Shown: positions 1 through 13,320, counted from the stretch's first letter. The stretch is 64,000 bases of DNA from Octopus sinensis (GCF_006345805.1 NC_043004.1:20398001-20462000), one strand, 5' to 3'. A program made the numbers and translations. Notes: a model not told the origin generated them from the sequence alone.

Positions 1-187
1 GCTGAAATCCCATAAAAAGCACCCAGTAAACTCTGCAAAGTGGTTGGCATTAGGAATGGCATCTGGCCATAGAAACTATGCTAAAACAGACAATTGGAGC
101 TTGGGGCAGTTCTCTAGTTTACCAGATCCTGTCAAACCATCCAACCCATGCTGGCATGGAAAGTGGATGTTAAATGATGATGATGAT
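1..187 (+). mobile_element. 3'-terminal fragment of RTE-type LINE (or RTE-tailed SINE), cut by the window edge
   Basis: AAAAAGCACCC...TGGTTGGC..TAGGAA.GGCATC...AACCCATGC.GGCATGGAAA.TGGA.GTTAAA followed by a (GAT)n tail; same motif order as the copies at 43575, 44942 and 46669. Confidence 0.8.
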
Positions 188-193
188 ATATGT

Positions 194-440
194 ATCATCA
201 TCATAATTGTTTAATGTCCGCTTTCCATGCAGGCATGGGTTGGATGATTTGACTGAGGTCTGGCCAACCAGATGGCTGCACCAGACTCCAATCTGAACTG
301 GCAGAGTTTCTGCAGCTGGATTCTCTTCCTAATGCCAACCAGTCCGAGAGTGTAGTGGGTGCTTTTATGTGCCATCAGCATGAGGGCCAGTCAGGCAACA
401 GCCACACTCAAATAGTGCTTTTTATGTGCCACGTGCACAA
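194..440 (-). mobile_element. 3'-terminal RTE-type fragment, tail-to-tail with the copy at 1-187
   Basis: Reverse complement of the same family: (CAT)n, TTTAATGTCCGCTTTCCATGC..., GTGCTTTTATGTGCC twice. Confidence 0.8.
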
Positions 441-526
441 GTAGTACACATATATGTGTTTGTGTGTGCCAGTGTAGCAGTGTCATAATAAGTTTGCCTC
501 CCAACCACATGGTTCAGGTCCAGTCC

Positions 527-810
527 TGGTGAAAGAAGTTTGTTGTGTGAATTTGCATGATAGTAATAAAACGAATGTTTGCCTTGACTTTGCATGATAG
601 TAATGAAATGAATGCTACCATCTTGAAAGAGGCATCCTTCATCTCTAATCTTCCATGGAAACATGTCTTGACATACGGAATATTACTTCACTTGGAAACA
701 GCTGTGGGTTGGGGATAGGAATGGCATCCAGCCATAAAAAATTCATCACAACATATTCCATCTGACCATGTGGATGTGGAAAAGTGAATGCTAAAATGAT
801 GATGATGACA
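527..810 (+). mobile_element. Degenerate SINE-like repeat with RTE-type 3' tail
   Basis: TTGGAAACAG..GGGTTGG.GATAGGAATGGCATCCAGCC...CCATCTGACCATG..GATGTGGAAAAGTG..(GAT)n; body differs from the RTE 3'UTR but the tail is shared. Confidence 0.55.
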
Positions 811-1021
811 TATCATACTTATATATATTGTACAATTCTGATAATGCAGAAGGATTTGAATGTAAGAGTGTCAAATTATCAAATATGTTAATGCATTAGA
901 ACTCAGTCTTAAAATTTGTTTTTCTTTACTAGATCATTAAATATGTTGCTATTTCTCAGCAGCAACATTATCTGAACTTATTTTCTCTAAATAAATTTTA
1001 AACCTTTCTAAACACACACAC

Positions 1022-1062
<41 letters not shown>

Positions 1063-3412
1063 AATAAGGTATTCAGAAATCTGGATGATTGTGCATATAC
1101 AAATATTTATTAACATGACATGTTTTTACAAATCACATATTTTCATCTACTCTAATAGATTTTTCAGATTTAAATTGTGTGAAGGGATTTGTCTCTTTTT
1201 ATAGTATTAGTGAATGGGTTGGGGTGGAGAGAGAGAGGGGGAATGGAAGTGTAATGTGGAGTGTAAGGGGTAGGAAAAGAGGGAGAGGAATGGGAGATGG
1301 CGATTTTGATTTCCTTTCACTAAGTCTGAGGCCAGTGTTTGTAACAGGACTACAGTGATTGTTGTCAAATTTTCTTAATCATTTCTAAATGAAGTCAGTA
1401 ACAGTATATTACTGGTACCTTCAATGACTTTAGTGAAAACGGAAAGTAAATCATAGCTTGAATATATTTGACCGTAAGTCTGCTTGTTTTGGCTTGACCT
1501 ATAGCAAACAAGCGACTACAACAATAACCAATTCAGTTTCAACAATGGTGTTGATTATTTTGATTTGGCAAACGTTTTTGAAATGACAAGAAAATAGTTG
1601 AATGATTTTACTCAAACATATTTCTAACACATCTTTTTTTTATGGACACTGGATGATCTTCACCTCAAATTCCTTTACAACTTGTTTCATTTCTTTGAAA
1701 GTTTCAGTTCCAAAGTGTCTATTTACTTCTCATAGTTTACAAAATGTCATTAGTAGATTGGTATATCAACAAGTGTGAGTGACACTAGAGACTCATCCAG
1801 AGCACAGCAAAATATGGCTCATCTCCAAATCTGAAATGCAGATCACTTATACACTGTCATCAACAGAATAAGGCATTTTATATATGCTGTCATAGCAGAA
1901 CAGATTGTTCTTGAGATCCGTAATTTAAATTCCTTCTAGTTTGGCTTTATTGAAAGTAGGTATTAAATGAATCATTACATCATACCATCACACATATATA
2001 CATGCTTTATGCACATACCCATTTGAAAACCCACTTGCAAGTCAACAAGTTCATCATGTATACACATACACTCTCATGCATGTATGTACATGCACACACT
2101 TGCATGTACTTGCATGTACACATGCACACATATGCATGCAGGCATGCACATGCATACACACACACGCATACACACACGCACACACACATACACACTCACA
2201 AGCTATCAACACTCCTTGTAGCATACTGTGTTTATTTATGTTCCCTATTCTTTCCCAGTATTTTAGCCAACATTTCTTAATTCCGAAATTGAACTAATTT
2301 TGTATCTACAATTTCGGTTTTGCTATTTGTTACTGCTAAAATAACCAGCCAGCAGCAAGCACAGATTATATATTCCCAGTCGGTGTTTATTCTAAAAGAA
2401 AACACTGTATTAATTTATTCTGTGTTTTATTTTTGGTTGAATCTATATTTTCTGCATTCAAATCATCTCTGCTAACTCCTCTAATTTCAGACTTTGAGTG
2501 TAATGTTAAGAATCAATGAGATGAAGAAATCATCCATGCAATCCATTATCATCCAAATTATACACTAAACACTTTGCCATTTCCTTATTCTCAGAACAAC
2601 ACAATTCTGGAAATTGTCTATTTAGGAAAGCTCCTTTCAAACTATTACACTGAAGAACTCTAAACTGAATTCCAGCTGTATTGGCTTTAACAAAATGTTC
2701 ATGTTCTCTAGTTTATATGGGTTTCAAAACAGCATGGTCATTCAATAAATTAGACATGCAGTTAAATTAGCAGGAAATAATTTAATTCATCTATGAATAA
2801 GCAAATGAAAAACAGTGTATAGAACTCCTCCAAACCATCTAACATTAGATATCAAAAATCAACAAAACTAGAGGTGTAATGAATCAGATTTATTAAAATA
2901 TCTAGCCTGTCATTTTCTACAAACTGTATTACATCATTACTCTAGTGTAAGGAGGAATACCTCGGATGAACACTAAGAATGAAAACAGAAGTAAAAATAT
3001 AATCCTATTCAAAATATATAATAACAAAAGTGTAAGGAGAAAACACATCAGGGTTTAACAATATTCTCACATAATATTCAATGATAATGAATTGAAGAAT
3101 TCAGTTCAATACCAAATTATATTTTATTTCGATCAAAATCTTTTAAAGCATTTTAATTATCCATTATGCCGGATTTTTGTTTTTTAACTAATGATAAAAT
3201 AAATCAATCAACAAATTAGATATTCAATCACATTAGCAGTAAATAATTGAATTTGTTTCTTTGTTTTAATTATATTTGATTGTCTCGGTACTTCTACATA
3301 GCTATTTCAACTATATGTTACATTCAGCAAGGTTTCACATGCCAGATAACATAATTAATTGAATAATTTAGCTTGTAGTCGAGAGACACAAGATTGAGAG
3401 GAAAATTGTGCC

Positions 3413-3416
<4 letters not shown>

Positions 3417-3452
<36 letters not shown>

Positions 3453-3476
3453 GTGTGTGTGTGTGCATGTGTGTGT
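3417..3476. repeat. (TG)n microsatellite
   Basis: Direct reading. Confidence 0.95.
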
Positions 3477-4169
3477 GAATGCATATCATCATCATCAGTC
3501 TACCATTCATTTTCTATGTGCATATTGTATAATTTAGTCCTGAAATATACAAAAGCAAATAACATGGTGACAAAATGATAATGTGTGTGAATGTGTGTCT
3601 ATGTGTGTGTGTGTGTGTATGTGAGTGTGTTCATTCCTTCATTTTACTTCCATTCATCTGTGTTTGCATGGGATGGATGGAGACTTATCAAAGTAGTGTT
3701 TGGTAGCCAGAAGCCCGTTTGTCATTGATCTGATCCTTGCCTGTTTATGAATTAAGAAAGTTTTTTTTGTTTTTTTTTATCCAACTCATCATTGAAAGCA
3801 AAGAGCTACAAAATGTATTGTTTAAAGGACATATAAACATGACGTCACTGTTTTGTTCAGACAGTGTCATGCAAAGACACAGAACATTTTGCATGACTTT
3901 ACATACCATGTCTTTACATGACACTGTATGAGCAAAAGAGTGATGTGATGTTTACATTACCTGTAAACAAAACAGTTTGTAGCTTTCTGCTTTTAAAGAT
4001 GAGTGAAATAAAAATAATCTCAAAACTTGAGAAACTGGTTAAGGTTGGTGAGAGAAGGGCTCCTGGCCACAAAGCAATGTCTCAATATGTTTCCATGCAA
4101 CCCATGCCAGCATGGAAATATGAATGTAAAACAAATATATAGAGTGACTAACACACATATATACACACA

Positions 4170-4338
4170 GGCAGGCATAGCTGTGTAGTAAAAAGCTTGC
4201 TTCCCAACCACATGGTTCCCGGTTCAGTCCTACTGTGTGACACCTTGGGCTGACCAAAGCCTTGTGAGTGGATTTGGTAGATGGAAACTGAAGCTATAGC
4301 TACAGTAGAAGACACTTGCCCAAGGTGTCACACAGTAG
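4170..4338 (+). mobile_element. SINE-A 5' part with internal inversion
   Basis: tRNA-like head (GCTGTGTAGTAA...GGTTCAGTCC); a 20-bp segment at 4230-4249 recurs as a perfect inverted copy at 4319-4338. Confidence 0.8.
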
Positions 4339-4527
4339 AATATTGAAAAGTCTATCTGATGTTGCCTGACAAAAAAACATTTAGATTTTAGCAAGTTACA
4401 TGAGTTTGAATCATAGTAATTCTACATGAAATTATTATTTTGAAGATATTGTGTATTGCATGTAACAGATATACATTTTGGTTCTTAAAATTTTACTTTT
4501 GTTTCTATTACTTATTAAAGAAAAGAT

Positions 4528-4870
4528 TGTGGCTATGTGGTAAGAAGTTTGCTTCCCAACCATATGGTTCTGGGTTAGTCCCACTGTGAGGCACCTTGTG
4601 CAAGTATCTTCTACTATAGTCTCTGGCTGACCAAAGCATTGTGAGTTGATCTGGTAGACAGAAATTAAAAGAAGCCCATCAAACACATATATATACTTGA
4701 CAAACTGTGTTGGTGTACTTACATTCCTGTAACTTAGTGGCCTAGCAAAAGAAATCAATAGAATTAAGTACTAGGCTTAAAAAAATACTTGCTCTGATTC
4801 ATTCAGCTAAAAATTCTTCTAGGCCGTGCCCCAATATGACTATAGTCTAATGACTGAAACAAGAAAATGA
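4528..4870 (+). mobile_element. SINE-A, degenerate near-full-length copy
   Basis: Head TGTGGCTATGTGGTAAG...GGTTAGTCCC, CORE-like ACCTTGTGCAAGTATCTT, tail GTCTAATGACTGAAACAAG. Confidence 0.8.
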
Positions 4871-4950
4871 TAGATAGGTGTGTGTGAATGTGTGTGTGCA
4901 CATATGCATGTGCATATGTGCGTATGTATATGTGTGCATATATGTGTATA

Positions 4951-5175
4951 TCATCTATCTATCTATCTATAGCTATCTATCTATCTATCTATCTATCTAT
5001 CTCTATCTATCTATCTCTATCTATCTATCTATCTTTGTCTATCTATCTATCTCTGTCTATCTCTATCTATCTATCTATCTATCTATCTCTATCTAAATCT
5101 ATCTATCTATCTCTATCTAAATCTATCTATCTATCTCTATCTATCTATCTCTATCTATCTATCTATCTATCTATC

Positions 5176-5214
<39 letters not shown>

Positions 5215-5400
5215 CTATCTATCTATCTATCTATCTATCTCTATCTACCTATATCTAGCTATCTAGCTCTATCTATCTATATCTAGCTATCTATCTCTAT
5301 CTATCTATCTCTATCTATATCTATCTATATCTATCTATCTATATCTATCTATCTATATCTATCTATCTATATCTATCTGTCTATCTCTATCTATCTATAT
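4951..5400. repeat. Compound (TCTA)n/(TCTCTA)n microsatellite, about 450 bp
   Basis: Direct reading; produces the spurious YLSI-rich ORFs in the track. Confidence 0.95.
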
Positions 5401-6329
5401 GTAATTTCTATATGTATCTATATGTAAATATCTATATGTAAATTCTCTCATTTTATTTTTTGCATGTAATGATTTCATTATTCTGGTGACAGCTTTGTAG
5501 GAACACTGCCATCCATTTTGATATATTCCTTTGATGGATGTGTGTATTTGATAAGATAGAGCTGTTTGAAGTTGTTGTCCACAACTGCATTTTCTGAGAT
5601 GTTGTTAGTTCAGCTTTGATCTTACATAATTTCCGAAAAAACTATTCAACATTGACCTAATGTTTGCACTTAATGAAAGAATGCCGAAAATATAAGGTCT
5701 CATGGGTCTAGTGTTGTTGAATTTAATCTTTATCTGGAAATATAATTATAACAGTTTTGCTAGCGTGCAATGTCTGCTGGTGTGAAGGATTGTGTTGTTT
5801 TCAACCTGTAAATATATCAACAGATATTTAAGATTTTTCACATGCAGGTTTCTATATATCTTTCCTTAATACATAATTGAGAGAGGAGTTATGACCCATT
5901 TCAACCTATCCTCTAAGTTCAGCTGATTTATAAATGTAATCTTCTTAGTGAATTATTATGGGATCTATTTTAGTTATTTGTAGATGTGGTTGCAGATGGG
6001 AAGAGTTTGAAGCAATAATCCAGGGAAATAAAACCAACTGTTTTCTTCAGAGATAGCATTATTTAAAAACAATTTTTTCTTGTTCTGAATATTTTGTGTT
6101 ATTGTCACTTTAACAATACTGTCTTGAAAGATTGTGTAGTTAACATTTTCATAACCTATATAGATAGATTCTGATAATGCATTCAAGTTTCGGTGCATAC
6201 AAGTTGCATTATGCTTAAGAGACAATGCAAGGATGATTGAATGTTTGAAGCACTGACATTCAAACAACAAAAAGACAGTCACAGCCTAAAAAAATTATTG
6301 CCCATTACCCACCTTTCCCATTCAAAACA

Positions 6330-6905
6330 TAGTACAGCACCTAACAAGACACCTTAGTACTGTTTTAAATGCTCTGCCTCAACATCACTGAGGATCTCTC
6401 CTGGTGAACGTTACAAAGCTTAACCTTACTCTACACACTACACAGACAGAAAATACTTTAACATATAACAACTTCTAACTCTCAACAAGATTCAGATTTG
6501 AACTGACTGTAGAATACTGTTCCCATACCCGAAATACTACTTCTTCTACATACACTGTGTCTCATCTTAAGGGAGGCCAACCAACTAACTGGCAAAAAAT
6601 TGTTACCAGCACATTTCAAATTTGGCTCAGATACACTGTTTGCTCTCTGTCTGTTTTTACTGCTACTATAAGGGGTCTGATCTTTGAAACAGACTGATCT
6701 TCAGCCAATTTTACTTATTCAATGGCAGCTCTCTCATTTTCCACCTCTCGTTATTGCTATAGTGTTACACTCCAGGACCCTCACTAAAGACTTCACATAG
6801 TTCTTCCTCCCCAGAGGGACACACCACAAATTGTTTCCCTACATACTTAGCTGTCTACTGTTAACTTTCCAAGAGGAACGTTAACAACATCAATTTTGCC
6901 TGTCT
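6330..6905 (+). mobile_element. Old CR1/L2-type LINE relic (RT C-terminus)
   Basis: Fragmentary translation LTVEYCSHT (cf. RPxLEYCSxVW) and FQEERxQHQF-like end; many stops and frameshifts; related relic at 31180-31540. Confidence 0.55.
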
Positions 6906-8499
6906 GAAGAAAAATGTGATGGTCATAAATACAACCCTTTCCTTCAGCAAAAAAAAAAAAAATGATAAATTGTGTTAACCATAACTGGAATACTTTTGAT
7001 TGCAGGTTTACCTGATTATAGTTGACCTAGAGCTAAACAGCAATCTGGCATCCAGAGCAATATATGATCACATGTAGTTTATTCCTCAGTTATCCCACAC
7101 TTTAATTAATTACTTGCTGCACTCAATTAACTGTGTAAATATTCTTACTGACTATTCATTAGAAATTAAAAGGAAAATTATCAATGTTTTTTGTATTTTT
7201 CATTTTCTTTCTCCATTTTGTGTGTTATAATGTTCTGTTATATTTTGTAAAAAGACATTTCTTTATATTCATCATGTCATAAAAATCTCAATACTTTTAT
7301 CTTATTTTAATTATAAAAATGGTTTCATCCATGATTTATTGCATCAAAGAAAAGAAAATGTGTCATTGAAAGCTTTCAAAGTTGATGGAAACATTTTAGA
7401 TGCACATAGGTATATAGATATATGTATCCTATATATTCCTGTGTGTGTATATATGTACATGCTTTGGTCATAAATTATATTTTAGAAAGTAGTTATTTCC
7501 AGTAACTATTATATATGATTGTATCTTTTTTTTCTTTGGGGGTTTTATCTCCTATTATATCACATGATATTTTCCAGTCTATTTTAATAAATATTTTTTT
7601 TAAATTGATGAAATAAACTTAGTATGTTAAACTTAATGACTAGTTTGAAAACTGTTGTCTTTGAGATATCTACCAACTTTAAATATTTTTCTCAATATTA
7701 TAAATGTAAGGAATGAAGTCGTCAGAAAAGGGGTTAAATGAGGTAAAATACAAATTTAGGCTATTGATAGTGGAAAGGTAAGTGTTGGAGAAAAATCTAT
7801 GAGAAGATGGCTCAAGTATGATTGTGTTGTTTGAAAGATCACTTCACCACCATGTGTCACATACCATACATTATGGCATGTGGTATAGGTGACAAGAGTC
7901 TCCTATTGTTGTTCAGAGTTGACCAATAACTTGTGAATGGAATTTAGTAAATAAAAACTGTTAAAAATAATCTTATATATGTATAATCCAAAATGGCTGA
8001 CTAATAAATCAGATGGTTATGGAAACTTTTAGTTTTAGCCAGTTGGTTTCAGCTGTTGTAATTGAATTATCTATAGTCTATCTCTGGTATTGAGTACCTT
8101 TTCTCATGCTTGTTATCAATAATGTACATGCATGTAACTGCATCAAGTTTGAGTTAAACATGCACCCCTCATTAAAAGAAATGCAGTAAAACAGAGATTG
8201 GTCGGTTGTAAACCTATAACCAACACCACCACTTTTCACTAAATGTAATATAAAATAAAATTTTAAAACTTAGAACAGACAGCTTGGGAACTGATGCCTA
8301 TGGAAATGTTTGTCATAAAGTATTAAAAAAATTATGCAAATATATGCATGCAATTACAACAGAATAAAAATAAGATAAAAGAAAACTTATGCAGAAACAT
8401 AGCCATACATGCATGACTGTATGTCTGCATAAGTTTTATTTTATTTTATTTTCATTCTGCTGTAAGTGCATGCATATATTTGCATACTTCTTTCTTACT

Positions 8500-9380
8500 C
8501 TGGGACAGACCAGTCAGTGCTTTTTACATAACACCAGCACCAGAACCAATTCTGCTGTGACTGATAGGTCTTCTTGAGTACAGCAAGTTGCCAGAAATAT
8601 TGGTCCATTGTCATCTTTGTAATGTCCAGTGTCTTCAGTTTGGCCTTCAGTACTACGTTTCATGTCTTCCTGAATCTCCTTCTTCGATGAGTTCCACTTC
8701 TGTATACAATTGTCAACATTCATACACAAATGTCTACATTCATACACATCACATGACCAAACCAGTGCAGTTTTCTCTTTTGCACACTGAATCTAATTCC
8801 TCTTATGCTTAACTTCTCTCTCAATACACTAGCACTCTGTCATACATGTACACTGACATTGCACATCTAGTGGAGCATACTAGCTTCATTCCTCTCTAGC
8901 ATATGCATACCCTCTGCATTCAGGGTCTATGTCTCACTACCATGTAACATTGCAGTTTGTATACGTACATCATACAATCTTCCTTTCACTCAGAGAGGGA
9001 AAGAGAGAGTCCTTTGGTTGCCATCACAGGTAAAAGCTCTCTAAATTTTCTCCATCCTATTCTTGCAATTACACTTTCTGTACACCCTCCTCCACTCCTA
9101 ATTAGGTCCCCTAGATAGCAGAAATTATCTGCTATCTCTAAAGAGCCTCCAAGACATTCGAGAAAATTAATTTCCCAAGAATCTGTAGTTTTTATGACTC
9201 CTATACATCTTCCACATACAAACACTACTTTCTCTGATAATTTTCCTATTATTCCACTGCTTCTCTTGAGTGTCCATTGCTTGCACTGAGTACAAAATAT
9301 GGAAATCCTGCCTACACCTTTCTCACATACCAAGATAATGTCAGAAGTACTTCTTCCTAGCACAAACCCAAACTTCATTT
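8500..9380 (-). mobile_element. RTE-clade LINE relic, internally deleted, with PHD-like Cys cluster
   Basis: ORF 8986-9378: FGFVLGRSTSDII...LEIADNFCYLGD...RIGWRKFRELLP; continues GRLYD...AMLHGSET...KLHWFGHV; ends in sequence matching the RTE-tail family. Confidence 0.85.
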
Positions 9381-9460
9381 CATCTCATCTGATTCTTTTC
9401 CGAATTAAATAAGACATAACTCTTTCCATAACTTTCATTTTATCTCTCTCACTCTCTCCT

Positions 9461-9525
<65 letters not shown>

Positions 9526-9728
9526 CCTTAGCATTTGATTTTTCAAATAACCTTAGCATTTGATTTTTCGATGTCCTTACCCCCAAACTTTTGTGAGTTG
9601 AATTAAGCAAACACTATATATGAGAGAGATTTTCTTTAAGTATTAGAAATAGCTTTAAAAAAGTTTTTTAGCTGCTATTTCTAATGAGTTCAGTATGCGG
9701 CAAAGTAATTTATTTTACTAAGCCCTTT

Positions 9729-9793
<65 letters not shown>

Positions 9794-9973
9794 CAGAGAT
9801 GCTCAATATAGAAAAATGCGTAGTAGTGCTCAAATGATTTGAACTTACATTCTGAAATCTTTATCAAGGACTAAATCCATGGAATAAAGTGGAATCCAAG
9901 TAAACTGGTATGAAGATAATGATGCAACCAAACACACTTGGGCTTGATATATACACATATATATATATATAAT

Positions 9974-11816
9974 CAAAATAAGCAACAAGGATATCCAAAG
10001 GTAGTGTAGTACAATCGTTTCATGCTACTTCATTTAATTAAACAAAGTAAGTATTACATCAGTTTTAAAATGTAGAGCACTCTTCAGCCAGATATGGAAT
10101 TTAAAAAATTTTTATACCTATTCCATTTTCCAACATTACAAAGAGGGTAGGTATATAGACAGAGAGGTGACTTTCATCGATAAAAACATGGTAATAGGAG
10201 ATCTTAACTCATGGGCAGATTTTTCATCAATGAGTTCACTTTGTTATTTAGATTTACCAATGGGGCAGGGCTTTTCTATTAAGTTCAGTGGAGACAATCA
10301 AGAATTTTTCTATTTGTAGATAGCGGAAGGGGCCGTTTAAATCCATCCCTTTTATGAGGAATTTAACTCTGGTACATTTGACTATATTTCAGCTATAGTA
10401 GGCTGAAGGTAGTGTGGTAGGGAGAATAGAGACTTCTAATGTCCTTACTATTTAACAGCCATAATCTTACTTGTGATTTTAAATAAATATCTTTTAGATT
10501 GTTTCTTCCAAAGGATTCTAATAAATTTTAGTATCTTATATAGAGATGGGGAGTATAGAAGTCATTTCATATTTATAAAAATATATATATTTGTAAGTGC
10601 ATGGTGCCAAAGATTCCAACATCACCATCAAAATACAGGTCCAGATACTGCAACAGCTTGGGTTTCAGAGGACCACAGCTCTTTAACATCCTCCCTAAAT
10701 GCCTGAGAGACTTACATGGTGTGGATGTGGTTTTCTTTAAAACTAAACTGGATCTCTTCTTGTCAGGAGTCCCAGATGAACCTACCTCACGACAGGAGAC
10801 GCAGATGCGGGCAGCAGCATCGAACTCCCTTGTTGATCAAGTGCCATGTATCAGAGGTGGATTCACATATTAGTGTAGCTCATTCAGCCGTGGTGCCCCA
10901 GCATGGCCGTGGCCTTCGGATTAAAACATTTTTAAGATTTAAGGATTTATATCAGATTATTATTAATATAGATTTATAGTTAGTTAGTAAATAGTAATTT
11001 ATTTGTATTAATGAGTTAAATTAAAGGAATATGCTAGACATATTTTTTATTTCCTGCATAACTTAGCAATTATCACATATATCAAGAGCCTCTAAAATGA
11101 TTTAAAGTGTAATGGAAGGGAGGTAATCAAGATGAACTTAATAATTTCACTAGATATATGGAATTTATGCAATCCTATATATAAAAGTTTAAAAAGATTT
11201 TATTTCACCTTATTCAATTTATTTATATTATTAAATTTCTTAATAATCTACGCAGGTTAAATAAAAACTAGAATAGTATATTATTTCCTTATTTTGTTAC
11301 AAAACATTAAGATTTGAAAATTTAGGAATAGTCAGAATGCTATTATTTAGAATACTTAAAAGTACAGGTGACACAATGTGCGCAGGATATGCCTAGATCA
11401 AAACAGTTATTCAAGAAGTTTATATTATTCCGATGTTTCAAAATTTCATATACTCCATAGAACAAAGTTCACATCCATCTCTACTATTTTTATAAGGCTG
11501 TGCCTTCCTTATTATATCCAATTTTATGTTAAACTTGATATTTTTTCCTTTCAATTCCCAAATTTTACTAGACATCATTGTGCAACCCGCCTTATGTTTA
11601 AGTCTAAAACTACATAAATGATTGTTTAAGCGTTTTTCAGATCTATCGAACATCCAAAATAAAAATAGCTATTATTTGAAGTCATTACTGCACATTTATA
11701 AATTAGGTTTTGGACTAGACACCAACCAGATACTGGACACCTTGATCTAATTCTACAATTACAACTGGGGGGATGATTTCTTGTTGCAAGGATGAATATC
11801 CTTGTTGCTTATTTTG
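9974..11816 (-). mobile_element. Penelope-like element (zinc knuckle + GIY-YIG + 3' region with HHR-like motif), interrupted by a CR1 insertion
   Basis: Minus-strand translation across frameshifts: CNCRIRSRCPVSGWCLVQNLIYKC...YFG...EKRLNNHLCSF...KIWELK...AQPYKNSRDGCELC, stop near 11343; perfect 21-bp inverted match 9974-9994 / 11796-11816; HHR-like motif at 10010-10087. Joining the two parts into one element is inference. Confidence 0.7.
10597..10948 (+). mobile_element. CR1-type LINE, 5'-truncated 3' end, fairly young
   Basis: ORF 10601-10873 NSLGFRGPQLFNILP...FKTKLDLFLSGVPDEP; short 3'UTR ending in TTTAAGA/TTTAAGGA repeats. Confidence 0.9.
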
Positions 11817-12103
11817 TTTATAATCACCCCATTTGATTTATATGGATAATACCATACCAAATTCTGGTGCCTTTAACCTAAGTACCATACTCATCTGAAT
11901 CTAAGTTTTTGCTAAACTTATATATATATATATATATAAATCCAGCCTCTGCCTTCACGGTGGAGGTTAGGTTTATGGTAATATTTATATACCGTGCCCT
12001 CACCTCATAATTTTTTTGTATCTTTTGTACGCTATGTAATACTTTCTTGAAAATATATAAATATCTACATAATTGTATACAAATGTTCATTTGGATATTT
12101 TCA

Positions 12104-12148
<45 letters not shown>

Positions 12149-12498
12149 AATATGTATATTTTATATATCAAGCCTGAGTGTGTTTATTTCTTTATTTGCA
12201 TCATTAACTCTCTCCCTCCTTCTCTCTCTGTGCATATATACATACATGCATACATACATGCATACAAACACACACAGACATACACACATACATACACACA
12301 TACATACATACATATCCACACACATACCTGCACACAGTAAGATTAACTAAGATGTAAGCAACTTCACAAATATGAGATAAAGCAGAATAAAGTGGATAGA
12401 CTTGCCTACAGGATTTAAACCACATATCTGTCAAATACCATTTGACTGCAATGAACTTGCATCAAAGTAACCCATTACTTTCTGTCATCAAACTATGG

Positions 12499-12534
<36 letters not shown>

Positions 12535-12726
12535 TATCACTATCATCATTTTATATTTGCTTACCATGCTGACATGGGTAGGGCATCACAATCCATTTAA
12601 TATCCTATTAGGAGCCACTGCTCTCATAGACTGATGCTTGTACCTGTCATCTGCCTTGACTTCTACGGTATGACACTTTGTAGAAGTTACTTGATTAATC
12701 CTATATACTTTTCTTTAATGATGAGA

Positions 12727-12806
12727 ATCATCATCATCATTTAGCGTCCGTTCTCCATGCTAGCATGGGTTGGACGGTTCTACTGGGGTCTGTGAAGCCA
12801 GAAGGC
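12727..12806 (-). mobile_element. RTE-tail fragment
   Basis: (CAT)n TTAGCGTCCGTTCTCCATGCTAGCATGGGTTGGACGG. Confidence 0.85.
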
Positions 12807-12969
12807 ACAGACCCCCATATCATTAAGTGTTGAATTTATATGCTAAACACTAACTATAAGCCTCTACCTTACAAAGTGTACTGGGTGTATTTTTCATAGT
12901 ACCAGCTCTAGGGAGGTAGTTTTACTCATCATTCACCTGAAGTGGGAGCATAGCAGGGGAGGTGTTTAC

Positions 12970-13315
12970 TTCAATTGATATGTCTTTTCCTCAGTAAATG
13001 TCGTATATATTCAGTTATCTTAGGTGTGTAGACTGAACAGGGAAATAGGAAAGGGAGCAGTGACAACAGAAGGGCCAAAATCAGTGGGAAAGTGGAAGGA
13101 GCAAAAGTATTAAGAGAAAGGCAGGGATATTTCAGGGTAGAGTCAAAAGAGGCATAATTGGTAATAGTTCTAGCACTAGTGTCATGCAATTGACCTTTCT
13201 CTCTGGGGGAAAAGATTTTGTTACTAGTAGAGCTAATAGCTTCCTGAACTTTTTCCAACCTGTTCTTAATCTGATTACTGTAATTTCTGAATAACTACTG
13301 CTAATTATTTCACCT
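12970..13315 (-). mobile_element. RTE LINE relic, same family as 8500-9380
   Basis: GEIISSS.SEITVIRLRTGWKKFRKLLALLVTK then KGQLHDT; parallels IARIGWRKFRELLP...KGRLYD. Confidence 0.7.
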
Positions 13316-13320
13316 AGTGT

